From contig JBFMGO010000137.1 in the NCBI GenBank assembly GCA_040752695.1, forward strand, positions 1-13,963: a DNA stretch of 13,963 bases. The letters are read 5' to 3'. The position numbers and the translations under genes were made by a program. Within the stretch, counting starts at the first letter, position 1; each line of letters begins with the position of its first letter. This document shows, piece by piece, positions 1 to 7,751 of the stretch. The notes below the pieces were generated by a model. The model saw nothing but the letters and a program-made list of their open reading frames with translations, did not search any database and was not told the DNA's origin. The DNA is from a bacterium. GTDB taxonomy: Bacteria; SZUA-182; DTGQ01.

Positions 1-1695
1 ACTGGAATGAAAAGCGGCCAAAAGCCGCAATTCAACGAAGACCGCACGCTGGTTTTGGTTCTTGACGGAGAGATTTACAATTACCACGGGCTGCGTAAGG
101 AGCTTGAAGGCAAAGGTCATTACTTCCACACCGACTCCGATGCCGAAACTATCCTGCACCTCTACGAAGAAAAAGGAGTAAATTTTCTGAATGAGTTACA
201 GGGAGTATTTTCTCTGGCTCTCTGGGATAAGAATACCAACCGGCTCCTTTTGGCCAGGGACCGGCTTGGTATCAAGCCGCTGTACTACGCCTCGGATGGC
301 TACCGGCTGATTTTTGCCTCGGAGATAAGAGCCATCTTTCAGGATAATACCGTGGCAAAGGAGCTTAATCCTCAGGGCGTAGCCGACTATTTCCGTTATC
401 TTTATATCCCGGCGCCCAAAACTGTTTTTCTGGGAATCTATAAAATCCCCCCCGGTTACTACCTGCTCTGCTCTCCGGCAGGGTATACCGTGAAAAAGTA
501 CTGGGATCTTGATTTTTCCCCCAGGCCGGAGGAAGGGTCTTTTGAGCAGTGTCAATATGCTCTGCTCGATCTTCTCCAAGAGGCAATCCATTGCCGGCTG
601 CCTGCTTCCGGCCCGCCGGCAGGGTTATTCCTGAGCGGAGGAATCGGTTCCGCAGCCCTGCTCTGCCTTGCTCATAAGGGGGGAGTGCCTTTATGTGCCC
701 ACACGATTGGTTTTGAGGAGCCGGATCTGGACGAGCGTCCATTTTCCCGCACTCTTACCCGTTACTTTCAGACTTCCTGCCAGGAATGGGTTTTATCGCC
801 AAAAGGGATGCTGGCCCAACTGGATCACCTGGCCTTTTGCTATGACGAGCCCATAGGTGATGCCACGGCCGTGCTTACCTTTGAACTGGCCAGGCTGGCC
901 GGGCAGCATACGCGAGTAGCCCTGTCCGGAGAGGCAGGAGATGGGAATTTTGCCCCTTTTCGCTGTCAAAGGCTTCCCCTGTGGGGAACCCGCTTTCAGA
1001 AAATTACGTCCAAAGATGCCGCACACCTTCGGCCTGCATCTTCGGCTCAGGAGTATCTGGAGTCAATTGCCTGCTTTTCTTTCGATGGCATCCAGCGGCT
1101 TCTGAATGAGGACTTTTACCATGATCTTTGCGGATATGATCCATCTGTCCTGTTTCAGGATCTTTACCGGAAGACTCAAAGCCTCGATCCACTTTCAAGA
1201 AGGCAGTATATCGGTATGAAAACGTATTTGCCGGATAATGTGCTGACTCAAATAGATCGAGCCAGCATGGCGAATTCCCTTCAGGTGCAGCTACCACTTC
1301 TGGATCATCGGCTGATTGAATTCTTAAGCCGTACGCCGATCCATTTCAAAGACAATGGATCGCAAGAGAGCTCCCTGTTGAAAAAGGCTCTTAAGGGCGC
1401 TTTGCCTTCGGATATTCTGGCACGGAAAAAACAAAAGGCTGAACTGCCTCTTGGAGCCTGGTTCACAGGTGAATGGCGATTGGAGGGAGAAAAATACCTG
1501 TGGGAACAGCACCTTTCGTCCCTGTCCGGAGTGTTGAATTTTGATGAGATATCTTCGCTTTGGCATCGTCATCAGCAGAGAAGACAAGATTATTCCAGGC
1601 AAATCTGGGCTGTTCTCTTTTTCCAGCGCTGGTACCATCGGCATATGGCCAGGCCCGGAGACAGGGCAGAGGATCTGGTGCTGGCTCTCTCTTAA
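1..1695 (+). CDS. Asparagine synthase (glutamine-hydrolysing)-like amidotransferase, AsnB family; 5'-truncated by the window edge, catalytic motifs degenerate
   Basis: Frame is open from base 1 (act gga atg). Family motifs: GEIYN, TDSDAE, LARDRLGIKPLYY, FASEIRA, LSGGIGS, SGEAGD, DRASMANSL, PLLDHRLIE. The N-terminal Cys segment of the class-II glutaminase domain is absent, so ATG 7 is probably internal. Confidence 0.88.
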   Translation, partial: TGMKSGQKPQFNEDRTLVLVLDGEIYNYHGLRKELEGKGHYFHTDSDAETILHLYEEKGVNFLNELQGVFSLALWDKNTNRLLLARDRLGIKPLYYASDGYRLIFASEIRAIFQDNTVAKELNPQGVADYFRYLYIPAPKTVFLGIYKIPPGYYLLCSPAGYTVKKYWDLDFSPRPEEGSFEQCQYALLDLLQEAIHCRLPASGPPAGLFLSGGIGSAALLCLAHKGGVPLCAHTIGFEEPDLDERPFSRTLTRYFQTSCQEWVLSPKGMLAQLDHLAFCYDEPIGDATAVLTFELARLAGQHTRVALSGEAGDGNFAPFRCQRLPLWGTRFQKITSKDAAHLRPASSAQEYLESIACFSFDGIQRLLNEDFYHDLCGYDPSVLFQDLYRKTQSLDPLSRRQYIGMKTYLPDNVLTQIDRASMANSLQVQLPLLDHRLIEFLSRTPIHFKDNGSQESSLLKKALKGALPSDILARKKQKAELPLGAWFTGEWRLEGEKYLWEQHLSSLSGVLNFDEISSLWHRHQQRRQDYSRQIWAVLFFQRWYHRHMARPGDRAEDLVLALS

Positions 1696-2329
1696 TCTGG
1701 CTGCGTCTCGATGCCAAAAAGGGAGGATTTCATGTTCTTATCTGTACTGCTAAAGAGCACCATCGTGCTTGCCTGGTCATCTTTTTAACAATGGAGGGGA
1801 TGGATCGCACACACTTTTAGACATTTTCCCTGACCCTTACCTTAAGCAATCCTTCATCATGTCAATTATCGACACCTTCAGGTTGCCTGCAACTTTAAGG
1901 GGATAGTAAGGAATGAGCCTTATGTAATTATGTTCATCAGCAATGGATAGTGGGTTTGGTACACTATTTGCAAGTTTAGAATGGAAAAATGCCCAGACCG
2001 GGGAGCTTCAACATGGCGGTATACAGTGGGGGATGTTCAAAAACATATTGGAGCCCTTCCGGCTACGGAAATGGAAACTGAAAATTCAAACTACAGCGAA
2101 CCGTGAACAGCGATTTATGCTCATGTGACTGCGGAACCAGCTCTTTCGGATTCTCGACTACACTCTGCAACGCGTGCTACTCTTTGGACTTACAGCGGCG
2201 ATTCACCTGAGGCGGATATTCTGCTCTCTGATCTGGGCTTTTATTTTATCTAACCGGCCAGCATTGCCTCCTAATTTTAATTTACCAAATTTAACAACAA
2301 GTTTCTTGATTACATATCTGAAAAACTAG

Positions 2330-2358
2330 TTGACAAAGGGGTAGGCATGGTTTAATAT
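2330..2358 (+). promoter_or_regulatory. Putative sigma70-type promoter upstream of the export gene
   Basis: TTGACA (2330-2335), 17-bp spacer, TAATAT (2353-2358), in an AT-rich tract about 180 bp before the wza-like ORF. Confidence 0.55.
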
Positions 2359-2536
2359 ACTTCTGATTAAAAGTCGGTGCAAAATTTATCATATTTTAAT
2401 ATATTTTGCACAATATGTAAGTTACATTGCGATTACTTAATGAGCCTCCTGAATACAATGGCTATCTGGAGTCAACGGGTATCTGGAGCCAACGATTATT
2501 ATAAACCCTTATTTCTTTTTCTGATCGGTATAAAAA

Positions 2537-3592
2537 ATGCTCATTTTCCTCTTGATAGTAATGTATAACTTCCCGAAGGTAGTCACCCTTTTTCGATCCA
2601 GGGTCTCTGCTCCTGTTTTCATTCATTCACCGTTCGCTTATCCGGGACGAAAGTATTCTGCATTGATAGTATTTTTTTGTCTTACGGTGTGTTTCATCTC
2701 GTCGGTTTCTTTTTCAGAGGGTTTGAAAGGGTATACGGTAGGTCCTCAGGATGTTTTAAAAATCGAGGTATGGGATAACCCGGACCTTTCGAGGGAAGTG
2801 ACCGTTTCCCTCGTAAATACCATCTCTTTCCCTTTAATCGGAGAACTGAACGTAGAAGGAGCCACTACAGAGCATCTCCAGCAGATTATTCGATCCGCGT
2901 TGGCAGATGGTTATCTGGTCAACCCGCAGGTTACGGTGACAGTCAAAGAGTATAACAGTAAAAAGGTTTATGTGCTGGGAGAGGTTAACAAGCCAGGCTA
3001 TTATCCCTTTTCCAGGGTGACCACCATGGTGGAAATTATTTCCACGGCCGGGGGCCTTACGCCGGATGCAGGGCAGGAGGCTTATATTTTACGTTCTCCG
3101 GAAAAGATTGATCCAAAGAATATCGCGAAGATCCTTAAGGAAGGGAAAAGCGGCAGTATCCCTTCTGAGACGGATGTTGACAGCTCAGTCACTCCTCTTC
3201 CTGCGGAGCAGGACTCCACTTCAGGGAAAGATTCCGATCCTCAAACTGAAGCCATGATGGCGAAAAGCCGGGTTATTACCCTTAACCTGAACGATTTTAA
3301 CCAGGGTACCAACCTTAACTTTGAGCTTCAAAATAATGATACCCTCTACATCCCGAAAGCGAAGTTCTGCTATGTGCTTGGAGAGGTAAAATCTCCCGGC
3401 CGGTTCAAGCTGGAAAAGGAAATGAATGTGCTCCAAACCATTTCTATGGCAGGGGGGCTTACTCCGAAAGCTAATGAGAATAGGATTAAAATCTTAAGAA
3501 CCATTAACGGCAAGGAGCAGGAAATAAAAGCCAAAATGATGGATCTGGTTCTCCCTGATGATATTGTCAGGGTTTCGGAGAGTTTTTTTTAA
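2537..3592 (+). CDS. Polysaccharide export protein, OPX/Wza-like (Poly_export domain + two SLBB domains); true start uncertain, probably downstream of 2537
   Basis: YTVGPQDVLKIEVW...ISFPLIGELNVEG...YLVNPQVTVTV (PES motif); two SLBB repeats (VYVLGEVNKPG...AGGLT; YVLGEVKSPG...AGGLT); ends PDDIVRVSESFF; hydrophobic signal-like stretch SALIVFFCLTVCFISSVSFS. Confidence 0.9.
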   Translation: MLIFLLIVMYNFPKVVTLFRSRVSAPVFIHSPFAYPGRKYSALIVFFCLTVCFISSVSFSEGLKGYTVGPQDVLKIEVWDNPDLSREVTVSLVNTISFPLIGELNVEGATTEHLQQIIRSALADGYLVNPQVTVTVKEYNSKKVYVLGEVNKPGYYPFSRVTTMVEIISTAGGLTPDAGQEAYILRSPEKIDPKNIAKILKEGKSGSIPSETDVDSSVTPLPAEQDSTSGKDSDPQTEAMMAKSRVITLNLNDFNQGTNLNFELQNNDTLYIPKAKFCYVLGEVKSPGRFKLEKEMNVLQTISMAGGLTPKANENRIKILRTINGKEQEIKAKMMDLVLPDDIVRVSESFF

Positions 3593-3718
3593 TTCGCCCA
3601 TATTTCAAGCCAGCATGAAGGCATTGCCTGAATAAGAATATGAGCGGGGTTTCATTGCATTAATTACTTTTATCCATCTAAGATTTTTTCTCCTCGTGAA
3701 TCCATCTTTTATTTTGAA

Positions 3719-3884
3719 CTAAAGAGCTTATTCGAAAATTAATGACTGGAAGGTGCTGTGTTTTACAATTCCTGCACAACTAGAGGAACGCGGCACTAAA
3801 GAAAGTCTCAAGTACACCGCCAAGGGAACAGCATTGTGGAAATCCCTTTTGCGGTCAGAATAATTTTTTCGGATTGGTTTTTAG
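3719..3884. repeat. Degenerate inverted-repeat-bounded segment (possible MITE/IS remnant)
   Basis: Left end ctaaagagcttattcgaaaattaatgactggaagg loosely matches the reverse complement of the right end (ctaaaaaccaatccgaaaaaattattctgaccgcaaaagg); no ORF inside. Confidence 0.3.
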
Positions 3885-3902
3885 ATAACTAATAACCACA
3901 TC

Positions 3903-4075
3903 AGAGACTGAAAAGCTATCCCAACATTTGCCGTGACCGGTAAAGCTCCATCCATCTGAAAAGGAGTTTTTTAAGACCGGCACGCAAGAAACGGTTACCT
4001 TACCTTGCAGTGGACGACGACCGGGTTACTCTTTGCACATGTAACTCACGGGGCGAAGCTGTAATCAGCGGTTTC
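3903..4075 (+). ncRNA. Putative structured cis-regulatory RNA in the wza-wzc spacer (family unassigned)
   Basis: Bulged hairpin 3928-3987 (ttgc/gcaa, gtg/cac, ccggt/accgg, aaagctcc/ggagtttt) and a second pairing 3988-4075 (gaaac/gtttc, ggttac/gtaatc, inner gggttac/gtaactc). Pairings found by eye. Confidence 0.35.
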
Positions 4076-4085
4076 CATCATCATT

Positions 4086-4178
4086 GAAAGCATACACAAC
4101 AGATGAAGCCAGCATACCCGGTATACGAGAGCGTACACAGCATAAAAAGCTACACACTATATAAAACATACAAGGTAT
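4086..4178 (+). repeat. Degenerate ~17-22 bp tandem repeat (AGCATACAC core, 5 copies)
   Basis: agcatacac 4089, agcataccc 4111, agcgtacac 4130, agctacac 4148, aacatacaa 4165. Confidence 0.5.
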
Positions 4179-4229
4179 CATCTGAACCAATGGCAAGTTA
4201 TCATACATCGTAGAGGGGAAGACTTTTCT

Positions 4230-6539
4230 ATGGAGTACCAACAACCGGGCTTTCAGGAATCGGCCTTTCAGGAGGAAGAAATCCACCTGAGGGAGTACTG
4301 GCGGGTGATCATGAAATACCGCTGGACCGTGATCACTCTGTTTATCATTGTATTTATAACCGTAGCCATAGCCACTTTTAGTATGGAGCCGGTCTACAAG
4401 GCCACTGCTCAGATTCTCATCGATAAGGAAAACCCCAACATCCTTTCCATAAAAGAGGTTATGTCACTGGATGCGCAAGATACGGACTACTACCAGACTC
4501 AGTATAAGATATTGCAGAGCCGCTCCATGGCCAAATCGGTCATCGATGTCCTGGATCTTGCACATAATAAGGAATTTGCTGGCAATGATCAGGTGAAAAA
4601 GAACCTCATTGCCTCACTCGTTGGCGCTGTCAGGGAGTGGGTCGCTTCCTTTGTTGCATCTTTTCTTCCTGTCTCATCGAACTCTCCTGAGATAACGGAC
4701 GCCCTTACTCCTGAGGAGGTTCGCGAGCACGAGGAAACCAAGTTGATCGATGCCTTTCTCAATAAGCTGCAGATTGAGCCGATAAGGAACAGTCACCTGG
4801 TCAATATCGGCTTTCTGGCTCATGATCCTGCCCTGGCCTCACGAGTTGTCAACACCCTGGCCGATCAGTACATTCAACACAACCTGAAGCTCAAGTACGA
4901 GGCATCGATGGATGCTTCTCAGTGGCTGAATCAAAATGTGGGAGAGCTCAAAAGGAAGATGGAAAGCTCTGAAGAGGCACTCCACTCCTACAAGGATGAA
5001 AACAAGATTGTCTCTCTTGAAGAGAAGCAGGATATCATCGTCCAGAAGCTTTCCGAGATCAACAGTGCTGTCACTGATGCCAAAACGAAGAGGATTCGCC
5101 TGGAGACCCTCTATAATCAGGCCAGGAAGTTCAGGAATAATGAAGAGATGCTCGAGTCACTTCCTTCGGTTATGAATAACCAGCTCATTCTGGAGCTTAA
5201 AAAAGATTACATTGCCCTTTTAGCGGAGTATACCCGCGAATCCAAACAGTATGGCTACAAGCATCCTCACATTATCAAGATTAACTCTCAGTTGAAATCC
5301 CTCAAGGAAAGGATCGACTCGGAGGTAAGCAAGATCGTCAACAGCATCAAGACCGAGTACGAGATTGCTGCGGCCCAGGAGAAGGTTCTGGTCGATGCCC
5401 TGAACGAGCAGAAGGAAGAGGCACTGGAGCTGAATAAAAAAGCGATCAAGTACAATGTCCTGAAGCGGGACGCCGAGAGTAACCAGCAGATGTTCGAAGT
5501 GGTCTTAAACCGCCTGAAAGAGACCGATCTTACCCGTGGGTTGAAGAACAGTAATATCCGTATCATTGATCGGGCTGAAGTTCCCGATTCGCCGATCAAG
5601 CCAAAGAAAAAGCTCAATCTCCTTTTGGGAGCGATTGTCGGCCTGTTTGCAGGTGTCGGATTGTCCTTTTTCTTTGAATACCTGGACAATACCATCAAAA
5701 CCCCCGAGGATCTCAAGCGCTATCTCGGGCTTCCCTTTCTCGGCCCTGTTCCCCATCTTGATCTGACTGAAACCAGGGGTCTTCCCTGCCCTGAAATGAT
5801 AGCTTTGCATAAACCCAAAAGCCACACCAGTGAGGCTTATAAGGGTTTGAGAACCAGCGTGCTCTTTTCGTTTCCCGACAACAGTCCCAAGGCACTGCTC
5901 ATCACCAGCGCTTCCCCGTCGGAAGGGAAAACCATCACCTCGGCCAACCTGGCCATAACCATGGCGCAGGGTGGGGCGAAGGTAGTCATGATCGACTGCG
6001 ATATGAGGAAACCACGCCTCCATCGCCTCCTCAGTATGAAGAATGAGAAGGGGATATCGAACCTGCTTATCGGTCAGTGCAGCGTGGATGACGTTTTGCA
6101 GGATGGACCGGTTGAAAACCTCAAGATTATTACCTGCGGCCAGCGGCCACCTAACCCGTCCGAGCTTTTAGTGTCTGCGAACATGAAAAATATTCTGGAC
6201 GAGCTGAAGAAACGGTTTGATCATATCATCATTGACTCCCCGCCTCTGGTTGCAGTTACGGACTCGGTGATTATCAGCCGCATTGTCGATGGAATAATCA
6301 TGGTGATTTATGGAGGTGTAACCAGTAAAGATGTCATTATGCGAGGCAAGGATCTTCTCAAGAATGTCAACGCCCCTCTTTTAGGAGCGATCATTAATAA
6401 CATCGACCTTGGCAAACGCAGTTACTATTACTACTATCAGTATTACTACTACCAGTACTACGGAGATGACGAGAAAAAGGGAGAAAAACGCAAAAGAAGA
6501 AAAAAACGTATATCCTCCAAGGCGGATGAGCAGGAATAA
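4230..6539 (+). CDS. wzc: Wzc/GumC-family polysaccharide co-polymerase / BY-kinase (tyrosine autokinase)
   Basis: N-terminal EEIHLREYWRVI + TM1; long coiled-coil periplasmic domain; RIIDRAEVPDSPIKPKK + TM2; Walker A SASPSEGKT, Walker A' IDCDMRKP, Walker B IIIDSPP; C-terminal Tyr cluster YYYYYQYYYYQYY; gagggg upstream. Confidence 0.95.
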   Translation: MEYQQPGFQESAFQEEEIHLREYWRVIMKYRWTVITLFIIVFITVAIATFSMEPVYKATAQILIDKENPNILSIKEVMSLDAQDTDYYQTQYKILQSRSMAKSVIDVLDLAHNKEFAGNDQVKKNLIASLVGAVREWVASFVASFLPVSSNSPEITDALTPEEVREHEETKLIDAFLNKLQIEPIRNSHLVNIGFLAHDPALASRVVNTLADQYIQHNLKLKYEASMDASQWLNQNVGELKRKMESSEEALHSYKDENKIVSLEEKQDIIVQKLSEINSAVTDAKTKRIRLETLYNQARKFRNNEEMLESLPSVMNNQLILELKKDYIALLAEYTRESKQYGYKHPHIIKINSQLKSLKERIDSEVSKIVNSIKTEYEIAAAQEKVLVDALNEQKEEALELNKKAIKYNVLKRDAESNQQMFEVVLNRLKETDLTRGLKNSNIRIIDRAEVPDSPIKPKKKLNLLLGAIVGLFAGVGLSFFFEYLDNTIKTPEDLKRYLGLPFLGPVPHLDLTETRGLPCPEMIALHKPKSHTSEAYKGLRTSVLFSFPDNSPKALLITSASPSEGKTITSANLAITMAQGGAKVVMIDCDMRKPRLHRLLSMKNEKGISNLLIGQCSVDDVLQDGPVENLKIITCGQRPPNPSELLVSANMKNILDELKKRFDHIIIDSPPLVAVTDSVIISRIVDGIIMVIYGGVTSKDVIMRGKDLLKNVNAPLLGAIINNIDLGKRSYYYYYQYYYYQYYGDDEKKGEKRKRRKKRISSKADEQE

Positions 6540-6683
6540 AGGGCATTTTCTCCTTCCAAAATCTTGATGAAATCGCTATAATCTTAATCTGAAGGAATAA
6601 CGAGAGCGGGAACCCGCCTGGGAAAAGTCGTATCATAATACATCGTCAGTGTAATATCGTCAATATAATATATGGAGGATACC

Positions 6684-7751
6684 TTGAAAGTCCTGCTGAT
6701 TGGAGTCCACGGCCAGGTTGGATGGGAGTTGGCCAGGACCCTGCAGGTTCTGGGCAACGTAATTGCTCTTGATTATCCGTCGATAGACCTTACGCAACCT
6801 GAGCAGATACGAAGGCGGGTACGGGAAATCCGCCCCGATCTTATCGTGAATGCAGCAGCTTATACTGCCGTTGATAAGGCCGAGGATGAGCCTGACTTAG
6901 CCAGGGCGATTAATGGAACAGCGCCTGGTATCCTGGCCGAGGAGGCCAGAGGAGTGGGCGCTGCCCTTGTGCACTACTCCACCGATTATGTCTTCGACGG
7001 CACCAAGGGTGCCCCGTACGGAGAAGAAGATATCCCCAATCCCATAAATGTCTATGGTCAAACCAAGCTGGAGGCTGACCGGGCCATTCAGGCGGCAGGG
7101 GTTTCGCATCTTATTTTGCGGGTAAGCTGGGTATATGGCGGCAGGGGCAAGAACTTTATGCTCACCATCTTGAGACTGGCCCGTGAAAAGGAGGAAGTCC
7201 GGATAGTAGACGATCAGATCGGCGGCCCCACCTGGTGCCGGATGATTGCCGAGGCTACGGCTCAGATCCTGGCTCAGGGGGCAAGGGACCTTTCGGGTTT
7301 TCTTAACGAAAGGGGAGGGCTTTACCATCTGGGTGCAGGCGGCAGGACAAGCTGGTTCGGCTTTGCCAGAGCTATTCTGGAAAAGGCCACCCATATGCAC
7401 ATAGCTACAGCCGCACACGTGCAGGCGAGCGGACACGTGCAGGCGATCTCAAACATGCGAACAGTCTCAAACATGCAAACAGCCGCTTATCCGGAAAAGT
7501 CTGATCATGGGGACCATACCGTGCATCCTGAAAAAGCAAGTCATCCTGAAAAAGCCAATCATCCGGAAAGTGCCACGCACAGGAATGAATATAAAATTCA
7601 GCGGTTAATTCCGATCTCATCGGCTGAGTATCCAACTGCCGCCAAACGGCCTGCCTGCTCGCTTTTATCGAGTGAAGCGCTTTTGCGGGATTTTGGTCTG
7701 TGCCTTCCTGACTGGGAAATTTCACTTAATCAGGTACTGGATCAGGGATAG
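6684..7751 (+). CDS. rfbD: dTDP-4-dehydrorhamnose reductase with an internal repeat insertion
   Basis: KVLLIGVHGQVG (GxxGxxG), IVNAAAYTAVDKAE, HYSTDYVFDG, YGQTK (YxxxK), VDDQIGGPT, YPTAAKRP. GGAGG at 6674-6678 favours TTG 6684 over ATG 6672 as the start. Confidence 0.95.
   Translation: MKVLLIGVHGQVGWELARTLQVLGNVIALDYPSIDLTQPEQIRRRVREIRPDLIVNAAAYTAVDKAEDEPDLARAINGTAPGILAEEARGVGAALVHYSTDYVFDGTKGAPYGEEDIPNPINVYGQTKLEADRAIQAAGVSHLILRVSWVYGGRGKNFMLTILRLAREKEEVRIVDDQIGGPTWCRMIAEATAQILAQGARDLSGFLNERGGLYHLGAGGRTSWFGFARAILEKATHMHIATAAHVQASGHVQAISNMRTVSNMQTAAYPEKSDHGDHTVHPEKASHPEKANHPESATHRNEYKIQRLIPISSAEYPTAAKRPACSLLSSEALLRDFGLCLPDWEISLNQVLDQG
7395..7580 (+). repeat. In-frame 18-bp (6-aa) degenerate tandem repeat inside rfbD
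   Basis: gcacacgtgcaggcgagc/ggacacgtgcaggcgatc; tcaaacatgcgaacagtc/tcaaacatgcaaacagcc; gtgcatcctgaaaaagca/agtcatcctgaaaaagcc/aatcatccggaaagtgcc. Confidence 0.85.

Noticed and set aside
1..1695. Lasso-peptide cyclase
   Set aside because: The protein keeps a glutaminase-like domain typical of polysaccharide-locus AsnB homologs; no peptidase, RRE or convincing precursor is visible.
1862..1910. IS200/IS605 or HEARO/omega-RNA end (gtcaattatcgacaccttcagg...)
   Set aside because: Only a loose resemblance; no tnpA, tnpB or iscB ORF follows.
2015..2026. ops/JUMPstart (RfaH) element
   Set aside because: ggcggtatacag departs from GGCGGTAGnnTG and lies upstream of the putative promoter.
3903..4075. 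6S RNA or a canonical c-di-GMP-I riboswitch call
   Set aside because: The fold is too asymmetric for 6S and the GEMM landmarks are mis-spaced; kept only as an unassigned structured element pending cmscan.
6565..6583. Sigma70 promoter ttgatg...tataat
   Set aside because: The hexamers are only 7 bp apart.
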